Positions 54,801 through 64,000 of a stretch of 64,000 nt of DNA are shown in pieces (positions within the stretch are counted from its first letter, which is position 1; each line of letters begins with the position of its first letter). Origin of the DNA: Perna viridis. Lineage: Eukaryota. Where the stretch lies: positions 26,408,750 to 26,472,749 of the forward strand of contig CM074524.1 of the NCBI GenBank assembly GCA_037379345.1, written 5' to 3'. The notes beneath the pieces were generated by a model. It did no database searches. It was not told where the DNA came from and saw only the letters and a program-made list of their open reading frames with translations. The translations under genes were made by a program, and so were the position numbers.

Positions 54801-56889
54801 TAGAGTTTACATTTCGGATTATCATTTTGTAGTAATACCATTTCCAATGAACGTATTGTTTTACACAATTGTTTTTTTTTTTTTTCTATTTTAGTATATA
54901 GATATCCGTGTGAGTAATGACCTTAGTCTTTTCAAGGTTAAGCAGCTACATGCATACTCATTTGATTACAAATTTGATTACAATCATACTTTTTGAAAAT
55001 TTAGTAGCCATTTTCTTTTGCATGTCACTTTTCCATTTTCTACGTAATCATTTTCACACACTTTTATTATTGATTCCAAAACGCTTGTGATATTTGTCTA
55101 ATACTTTTCGAACAGTCAAATGTTTTTAGTTGGTACATTTGTACATCTAATGCAAAATGACTCCTCTTGGTATTTTTGAACATGAATGAGAAGAAAAATA
55201 AATCAAAACAAAACAAAAGCAAAAGAAAAAAACAACAACAACAACACACACACAAACACAAACACACAAAACGCACAGACAAAAAATCAAAAACCGATGT
55301 CTTCTAAATCGGTAATCGTCAAATTTTCTAAATGGGACGAATGTGATATGCTCTAAGATTGATACGATTACTCTTTCGTAACTTTGATGTTCCGAATGTA
55401 TTCAATCAAAAGAACTGGCTACCAGGAACCAGCTTAAGCAATATGCCAATGGTTATATATATATAGATATTGGGGCCCAAATAATGTATGTGACCTATAT
55501 AGTAAATGGAATTGGACCCCTGTGTGTGAATCAGAAACTGAGTAATATTCATTGTTAACCAATCATATCATCTTTTGCAAGCAAACTGTACTTACCAATT
55601 AAATTTTGTGTAGTTGTTATAAATCCAAAATTGATGGAATGATGTCCTAAGATTGGCTTTTTTTAAATTAATTTCGTAAGTTTGAGCCCAACTATCAGCT
55701 GCTTTAATATGTGGTAGAGGGTTATTTTCTGTACAATCATTCCTCACTTTAATCTTAACCTTAATTAAACTTAACCTTAAATCTCTCAGCGCCAAAAGTA
55801 GCATAAGGTCTCCACGCTGACTGCCCATTCTTTCCTATTCTGTGCTGCTGTTCTTACCATGTTCCAAAATTTCCATCCTTGTTGGTTTCTTTCTTTCTCT
55901 GTTGTTCTTCTCCATGTTGTTGTTGGCCTGCCTCTAGCTTTTTTCCCTTCTGGAGCTCATTGTAGTGCTACATTACTGTCGTTATCCCTTTCACGTCTTA
56001 AAATGTATCCTATCCATGCCCATCTCCCCCTTCTTATTTCACAACTGATGTTTGTGGTTTGTGGGTTTCAACGTTTCACATACAGTAGTACAGGTCTTAC
56101 CAATGATTTATACAATTGAATTTGTGTTCTTTGTCATTTTCTTCTTGCATACCAGATGTTTCGTGGGCGGTGGAATGTCCCTCTTGCTTTCTGTATTCTA
56201 TTTTTCATGTCGCTACCTCCTCCTCCACCTTCTTCCATGACTGCTTCCAGGTAAGTGAACTTGTCCACATCGTCTACTTTCTCATTGTTTTTATTTATCA
56301 GCTCTTTGTTCTTTGTATGCTGTGATCCCAGGGTTTCACATTTTTAGGGTTGAGCTTTAATCAAATTCTTGCAGTTTCTCTTGTTAATATCTGCGTTTTC
56401 TCGTCGAAGTCACTAAATGCAGAGGAAAGAAGTGTAATGTTATCCGCAAAGTCGAGATCTTGTGTTAAAATTCCATCTTAACCCTCTAGCCTTGTCTGCA
56501 GTTGTTCTTCGCATGATCCAGTCTATGACTAGAAGGAAAAGAAAATCTGTCATTACACACCCTTGCTGCACATCTATTTTGATCTCAAACCACTCTGATG
56601 TTTCTCCTTTATCAGTGATAGTACATTTAAATTCTGTATATATTTCTTTTATGGTTCTTGCATGGTATTCCGTAGCTCTTCATGATCTTCCATAGACTTT
56701 CGCGGTGGACTGAGTTAAATGCCTTTTCAAAGTCTATAAAACGTATGCAAAGTGGTGACCTCCATTCATTTGTTTCTACTGATAAATATCTGTTCAGTTG
56801 TTCCTCTCTTTGGTCCAAAACCTGTCTGCTCATTCCTTAATCTTTTGTCGATTCCTTTCTTGACCCATTCTACAGAATACTTTACTAAG

Positions 56890-56969
56890 CTCCTCTTACA
56901 GGTCCGGGTGTCAAAAGAATAGGCTTGCAACAGCGCTAGCCTTGTCATAAAAGGCGACTAAATAGTGCT
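56890..56969 (+). ncRNA. Pseudoknotted 5' head of the SINE (HDV-like candidate lacking P4)
   Basis: CCTCTTA (56892-98) pairs with TAAAAGG (56948-54, one mismatch); AGCGCTA (56932-38) pairs with TAGTGCT (56963-69); GTC/GAC short pairing; CTAAA precedes the last strand. Confidence 0.45.
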
Positions 56970-57366
56970 CAGAAACCTAGCCGGATGCTAGGCGCTCTGT
57001 CCACAGAGCAACTGGGATGTGTGCCCCAGGTGGTGGAATGGGGTACCCCTGGCGTATTACATGCTTGGATTGTCAGGCTATAATACGGAAAACCTGACCG
57101 CGAACCGTAGTGGAGCACCGTGTTGGGAAAGATGCCACGTTCCTCGCGCGTTAAAAAAAACCCTGCTGTGGTGTTCAATAGGAGTAAGAACCTTGGTGCT
57201 CCGCCACAGGAGGTTAAATTGCAAGACCCTACCCATCCCTCCCTTTTATCTTGTAGCAATTAAAATATGTCGACCTTATTATCATTTAATCTTCCCTTTC
57301 ATGTTCATCGTCTGAATATAGCTGAAATATTGCTGCTCGGGCGTTAAACCTCAACAATCAATCAAT
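56890..57366 (+). mobile_element. SINE-like retroposon nested in the RTE, with no tRNA head
   Basis: 9-bp TSD tttactaag (56881-56889 / 57367-57375); GC-rich body; 3' end gctgaaatattgctg...ggcgttaaac...(caat)n resembling mollusc SINE tails. Confidence 0.85.
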
Positions 57367-59054
57367 TTTACTAAGGTAAACACAGGTAAAAGAGTTATTC
57401 CCCTCCAGTTGTTACAATATGTCATATCACCCTTCTTAAAAATCTTGCAAATCATTTATTTTTTAAATATGATGACCACTTTTCTTCTTTCCATCAGTTA
57501 TTAAATATATCGTCATTTTCCCTGCTATTAGGTCTATGTCAGCCTTTATTAGTTCTGGTGTTATGCTATCTATTCCCCCTGACTGGTCAGTTTGTGTCTT
57601 CTTCAAAGCTCTTTTAACCTATGCTAATGTCCACTCCCCTAAATCTATATCATCTATATCCATTTTCAGCTGCTTTTTTCTGCATTTTCAGCCATCCTAT
57701 CGTACCAGCTCCTTTTATCCTCTCGAGCATGTTCCTTAACATCTTTATTTTTCTGGTTGTATTATTCATTTAGTATTACTTTTATTCTCTCAGATCTTGC
57801 ACCTTCTATTTTGCTTTTGATTTCTTTTCTTTATTCAACCCTTTTCCATGTTTCATTTGTGATCCATGGTTTGCTGATCTTTTTCACTTCTGCCCAATAC
57901 TTGCTTAGCTGCCTCATTGTATATCTTGACTGTACTTTCATATTTCAATAATGGGTCTTCTATGTCACTCTCTTCCAGTATTTGGAATCTGTTTCTTACT
58001 CCGATGTTGTACTTTTTCCTTACATTCATACTTTTGAGCTTGTTAAGATCATTTCTTTCGCTTTTGTTTTTGTTCTTGTCACCTTTGTTTCTTAACAGTT
58101 TGATTTTGATCTTTGTTTTTACTAAGTAATGATCACTGTAAAGATCTGCTCCTCTCATTACTGTTGTGTCTAGTATTGATGTCCTCATATCCCCTCTTAC
58201 CATCACATGATCGATCTGGTTTGCAGTTTTTCCATCAGGTTTTCCAAGTTATCTTGTGTATTTCTCTGTGTGGAAATATAGAGCCCGTTATGATGAGGCC
58301 TTTCATTTGGCAGACATTGCGTAATGATTCGCCATTTTCGTTTATCGTCCCACATCCATGTTTTCCTGACACCTCTTGCATGTGACTGTTGTCGTTGCCT
58401 ATTTGTGCGTTTATGTCACCCATAACAATAAACATGTGCCATGTTTATTGGAACATGATACATCATCTTGTAGTTTCTCTTCATTTCTAGCATCATTTGT
58501 TGGTGCCTAAGCTTGTATAACTGTAAACTTCTTATACTTTGAATAGAATCTTGCTTTTATTATTCTCTTATTCAATCAGTGATTTCTTGGCTCTTTCACT
58601 CATCATTATTGCTACTTCACTGACTTGAAGATCTTCTACACGTATCACTGTGTCTCCGCTTTGAAGTTTGTTTTCACCTGACCCCTTCCATCTACTCTCA
58701 CTTATACCTAGTATGTAAATACCATAGTTTTTTTCTTTTTTTGCTACTTGTGTTGCTTTTGCTATGTCTGCCATTGTTCTAAAGTTCCAGCATCCTATGT
58801 ACATATTCCGTTTTGGCGCTACTATGGAACCTATCGGCTTTTGGGCTTCCTTTCTGCTTTCCCCAATGTGTCATATTTGATTCCTCAGCAGTACGCCTAT
58901 GTTGGGTTTCTGCAGCGTTTCTGGTTTCTGAAACAAGTTCTTTTTTACAGATCTGGCGGGTCGGGTTTTCTCTCTGGGTATTCCTTCCGGTAGATGATTT
59001 CATTACCATGCTAACGGATTGCATCTATCAGGGTTTCCGTCTGGGTTGTCTCCC

Positions 59055-59137
59055 ATAGCCTTAGGCTTTTCTAAGCCGCCCATAAAGCAGTGGGGCTATT
59101 TAACCATAGCTGAGGTTTAGTTTGCAGACACCAGGGC
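59055..59137 (-). ncRNA. Candidate HDV-like self-cleaving motif at the RTE 5' end
   Basis: Order on the minus strand: GCCC ... ATAGCC-CCACTGCTTTAT-GGGC-GG-CTT(AGAA)AAG-CCTAA-GGCTAT, i.e. P1, P2, P3/L3, P1', GG, P4, CUAA, P2'; P1 and P3 are shorter than canonical. Confidence 0.4.
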
Positions 59138-59798
59138 ATGTACACTCACTGATAAAAAAAAAACAAACAAAAACAAAAACAAATAAAACAAATAAACAAA
59201 AAATAAACAAACATAATAAACAAAAAAAAAACAAACAGAAAAAAAAAAGAAAAAAAAAGAAAACACACAACAGACACCATAGTATGTGAATACTATAGGT
59301 GGGCTTTTAGTAAAAGTATTAAAGTCTTTAATAGTGATACATCGAAAAAGAAAATCTTAATTATGGAACAAGGGGAGATATGTGCGTACACAGTGTAGTG
59401 ATGTGTTTTGCTCATGGGCATATTCGAATATTGAACTTCTAGCTGCGTAAGTTAAATATTTCTTTGACACATGGATGGCGGAATTCGTCTTGACTAATTC
59501 ATTTATTTTTACAGTTACACTCGGCGCCAAATTGAAAATAAACCGGTTTATTATTCTCATGTTATACTCCTTGAAACATATTTACAGCATATTGAAATTT
59601 TCCATATCTATATGATTGGTATGTTTCAAGTTTGGTACATAAAATCTGAAAAAATGGAAAGTTAGGCGTCGGCTCGCCATGTAAATACATATAATGCTTT
59701 AAATTGTTTCATGTTTCGATCATTTCTTTATATATATTCTATATTGCATCTGTTCTACTGTAACGGGAAAAATGCATGTAAAACATGCTTCAACATGT

Positions 59799-59927
59799 CA
59801 ACTCGGCTGGTGTTTCTAGAAAAGCAGAGGACGCTTACCCTACCGGTGCACCTGATCCATGCTCACAGTTTTTAGTGGAGTCCGAGTTGCTCATTTACTA
59901 TAAACTTGGTTCCCTTGAATACTCTTC
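59799..59927 (+). mobile_element. Family A PLE minimal copy (structured domain joined to 3' terminus)
   Basis: Near-perfect structured motif, an internal deletion, then cttggttcccttgaatactctt. Confidence 0.8.
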
Positions 59928-61871
59928 AATAAATTACAAAACATAGGGTCTTTGACAAAATTGAGTTCTGAGGAACACATAATACAAGTCATGTACACAC
60001 ATTAGATTTTATAATGTACTAACCATTATCTCATTGCTTTATTTTAGTCTTTATTTTTGTCATATACATCAGCTTTTATAATCTCCTTAACATATTTCTA
60101 AATGTTTCCTTTAATTGATTTGAAAGAAAAAAACACTTCAATGAGAGAGAATTAGTTTAATTATTCTGAACGTCTTTTTAAATGCATTAGCATTGTACAT
60201 TATACATTAATAACTACTGAAAGAGCTCTATCAAGTTGTTTGAAAAGCTCAGGGAATATATGTATGTGGATAGTAATGAGATTTTATATTGTAACATATT
60301 TTGGACGGATTATATTTGCAACATTTGTACTTTACCACTTCATTTCTGAGTAAGAGTACTTGAAACCTCAATAATAAAACAACAGAAAATGCTGAAATCA
60401 CAAATAGTTTCCAATAAATTGCAATCGAAAAATAAAACATGTCACAATTTACATAACTTCGTAAAACTAAACAGATTTCCTTTGACTAATAATTTTGAAA
60501 ACATAAATATAAGCAATGTATAAAAATTAGTTCTCTAAATTAAGGATTTGCATTTATTCTTTTGATGCAGAATTATCTATTTCAGTTTTTTCCTTGTAAT
60601 TCCTTAGACAAGGTGACGTTTCTACTCTCGTAGAAATTTAACATTAGAGCCAAAGATAATTTTAAGCAAGGCAGAAAAAGTACGACACTGGACCAATAAA
60701 AGATAATACAGCAAAAGGAATAGATATTTCCACCAAAACGTTAGAATAACGTCTTCCGTTTATATTTTTTGTGTAAGTAATCCTATTTCTCAAGGATGAC
60801 TGACAACAACGAAGAACATATGAGTTGTTTGTTTTGTATATTACGCTTTCGTCAGGTATATTCACAAGAGGTTGTGTGTGTTATTTTTGTATAAATATCC
60901 TTAAAAAAAATACATGTATTTTTCCTTTCCCTTTTTGTTTTTGTTGTGCAATTTGTTACTAAAAGTAACAACTTTTTTCTTTTTTTTATTTTGGTTCAAG
61001 CAAGTAATATATTTTCAAAGAAAACAGACTAGAAAATATGTTGTCCTAGAAAGGTTCATGAAACTACTTTCTTGCTCTCCATAAGTATGATCAAACACAT
61101 TTATTTTTCACTTTGCAATGAAGAAATTTGGCTCATGGACTAAAGCTCATAAGCATGATAATCGCGTTACTATTTTAAAATTTTGAATACTCTTCAATTT
61201 TAGAGATACTTAATCAAATGATGTCATGCAGATCATATACTGTAATTTGATGGAAACAATATGTTTCAGAGTGAAAACCGTTGTGATGAAGAGATTTTCT
61301 AAAATTTGCTGTTATTAAGAATGCAAATAAAATCTAAATCTCACTGTGACATAACTAACTACTTGCTGTTCTAATTGTAACGGATGTGCATCAGAATAGA
61401 AACTTTTCAACAATAGCTCACTTAATTAACAATATCTAATTACAAGGAAAAGCACACCAATAGCTTTTAGAAAAAAAATAAAAAATACAAACATGCGGGA
61501 ATAGTTCTACTAACGAACTAATCATTTAAGAGGAATTACTGACTTCTTTAGACTTCATTTCACTTCATTCGACAGAGTGACTTGTATAAGAAAATACAAC
61601 AAAAACACAATGTCTTTGTATCACCAACCCATTGTTTACTCGAATATCAACTGTTTTTTTCATTATGTGATTATTAATAAGTTAATAATAATAATATATA
61701 TATCAATCTATCTTGCATCGATTCATCATGAACATATGACATTCAGTTCAGAGTCTGTCATAACGATGATAATGCAGTAGTCTTAACTAACACTTAATAC
61801 AACGAACCTACAAATAGAAAAATCAGATACCTATACATTAAAATGCAAACTTCATATACATATGTATGGGT

Positions 61872-62104
61872 GCAACTCGGCGGGTGTTTCAAGAAAAGCA
61901 GAGGACGCTTACCCTACCGGTGCACCTGGTCCATGCTCCCAGTTTTTAGTGGAGTCCGAGTTGCTCATTTGATTTTGATACTTTGTATGTATGATTTAAG
62001 TTACTTTATTTTCTTTGTTGTGTATGTTTTCCATGTCTGGTCTTTGTCTCTGGATTGCATTCTTTTGATTACCGCTATAACCTTGGTTCCATTGATTACT
62101 CTTT
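61872..62104 (+). mobile_element. Family A PLE 3' UTR copy
   Basis: High similarity to 1588-1827; explains ORF 61843..62106. Confidence 0.85.
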
Positions 62105-62114
62105 GACAAAATGA

Positions 62115-62250
62115 TTGACCCATTTATACAAACAAAATTTCTGTTGTTTTGTTTCTAAACAATTTTGTCATGAATATATATATTGACCAATTTATACAAA
62201 CAAAATTTCTGTTGTTTTGTTTCTATACAATTTTGTCATGAATATATATA
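62115..62250. repeat. 68-bp tandem duplication ending in (TA)n
   Basis: Units start at 62115 and 62183. Confidence 0.9.
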
Positions 62251-62260
62251 TATATATATA

Positions 62261-62726
62261 GAAGGGGCTGAAAAATTCGATGTTAGAACTGTCAAATTTG
62301 CGAAGGAAATTTTTGTCGTTCCCTTCGCGGGACTCGAACTCGTACCGCTGTGACATCTTTGGCAACACCGCCTGCGCTAAGTCCAGCGCCCTAGACCACT
62401 CGGCCAGCTAGGCTATATAAAAATATAGCTTTCACTGGCCGGGTGATTCCTCCTCGTAGGATTAATCTAGGGCTGTAAATTAGTACACGATGTATGGTAG
62501 TACGGGACAGTTCATCTAGGTGTTATTATGTAGGATAGAGGATCAAATTAATGATGCATGTCACAACAGATCAATATTATACAACGTCTCATAATGTGAC
62601 GACTCTATTCACTACACTGCTCCATCGGATCAAATTGATACAGGGAAGTTAAAAATATAGCTTTCGCTGGCCGGGTGATTCCTCCTATAGCAGTGTAATG
62701 AATAGAGTCGTCACATTCTGAGACGT

Positions 62727-62730
<4 letters not shown>
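62261..62730 (-). mobile_element. Composite repeat with internal tRNA-Leu-derived Pol III unit (copy 2) between (TA)n tracts
   Basis: Minus strand has GCCTAGC-TGGCCGAGTGG-TCTAGGGCGCTGGACTTAG...GTTCGAGTCC (62325-62413); internal direct and inverted repeats; (TA)n at about 62243-62260 and 62731-62767. Confidence 0.7.
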
Positions 62731-62769
<39 letters not shown>

Positions 62770-64000
62770 ATATCTACATATAATACATGTATGGCACATT
62801 TTTATCATCGCACGCTACATTTCCCATAGCTTATACGCTATTCCCTGCTACATATTGGTTATTTACCACTTTTCTATTTAAAATAAAAGCAATTTCTTGC
62901 CTGCGTTTTGATAATGTTTTACCATATTTTCTTCCTCGTTTACTTTAGAATTGCCAGAAGTATGTTCTTTGTATTTTAATTAGATAATTTTTTTAAAAGG
63001 AAAGAAAATTCTCTTCATATTGCTGAACTACTACATTGATGAGGTCAGGTTTCAATAAATAAACACAAACAAACAAACAAACAAAGCAGATTTTCCGAAA
63101 ATGGGTTGAAGTAAAATCCTTTTTTTTCATTGTAAAACTAACCCAAACAAAATTTGAAGAAAGAACAAAGACGTTCTATTATCCGCGCTTACTTCAGATA
63201 TGTAGAGCTTTGGTATAAAGTACAGTCGATTTATAAATGGGTCTGTCTTTTCAATGTATAGAGACACAAAAAAGGCAGGTATGTTTAATGTGGAGGTCTC
63301 TCCGCGACAGATCACTTCAGCTGAGCTCGCTAAAATTGAAATATAACACTTGCAGGTGAGGATGCCGCAAGGCCCAATTCATGTTATATTTGCCATACAA
63401 GTATTTATTTCATATTTTTCATAATGCATGCAAATCATGATTTGATAGATGAGAAATCTAAATATACGCTACGTTTAAAAGTGCATTATGGTGCTCGCCT
63501 GTTTTCTAAATTATTCATTACTTATTGGTGTGCTTGAGCTGTCATTATTTTATCCCTGTGAAGTTGTCTTCTCTTTAACGTTTTCACCATATTACTTCTT
63601 GTTTTATTATTTACATTTTTTCATATCTATATTTTCATGCTTCTCACAAGAAATAACCGTTTGTTGAATATACAAAACAGCTATCTTCTTTTTTAAATAT
63701 TGGTATATAATGAGTACAATAATGACAACGAAGTATATAATGTCTTACAATGTACATTTTTTAGTGTCAGAGTCTTTGATAAATAGATTCATAACTATCG
63801 TGTAATATCTCTCTGATGTGATTAAGCTCGAGACATATTGAAATATATTTATAATAACAGTCTCACAACGAAAATGTATGGGACTATCGCATGACAGTTT
63901 CGGTTCTGAATACCTCCTTAATACAATTAATATTAGTCCCTAATATATATTTAGTTATAATGCTGCTTCTAAGAGTTTACTCCGTGAAACACCAGTTCAA

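Larger units (their letters stand above)
55749..59138 (-). mobile_element. Decayed RTE-clade LINE (APE endonuclease plus RT) with both ends apparently present
   Basis: APE motifs IGCWNFRT, ILGISESRW, MGDINAQIG, SDHYLV; RT motif FIDFEKAFNSVHRESLW; 3' (TTAAGG)-like tandem tail at 55749-55780; possible TSD tgtaca[atcattc]ctcact (55730-55748) / tgtacactcact (59139-59150). Confidence 0.9.

Noticed and set aside
60820-60866. Minimal hammerhead (minus strand CCTGACGAAAG...)
   Set aside because: No properly placed GAAA core or stem III; too degenerate to support.
62325-62413. Functional tRNA-Leu gene
   Set aside because: The acceptor stem and the 3' side of the anticodon stem do not pair; it lies inside a repeated element.
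604-63315. Most short ORFs in the supplied track as genes
   Set aside because: They are low-complexity chance frames in AT-rich DNA or translations of repeats (e.g. 604..870, 1568..1830, 29992..30207, 35611..35799 and 61843..62106 are the same PLE UTR).

Overview
AT-rich eukaryotic genomic DNA, most likely from a bivalve mollusc judging by its repeat families, with one assembly gap at 51138-51280. I can support one host gene: a 4-exon, + strand gene (9582-41568) for an uncharacterised ~173-aa secreted protein with six cysteines, lying in a strongly CpG-depleted, TACATGTA-rich domain. The rest is mostly mobile DNA: two families of Penelope-like elements whose RT ends without a C-terminal endonuclease (Naiad-type; one family has 7 copies here), a Penelope-like RT-GIY-YIG element, a decayed RTE LINE with a SINE inserted in it, a Crypton-like fragment, Helentron-type elements and MITEs. 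The most interesting signal is non-coding. Nearly every retroelement family carries a compact structured RNA at its end: a permuted twister-like motif, two HDV-like motifs with unusually short helices, an embedded tRNA-Leu-like Pol III unit, and an orphan multibranch motif at the equivalent position that may be an undescribed ribozyme or processing signal. All folds were made by eye and none is experimentally verified.
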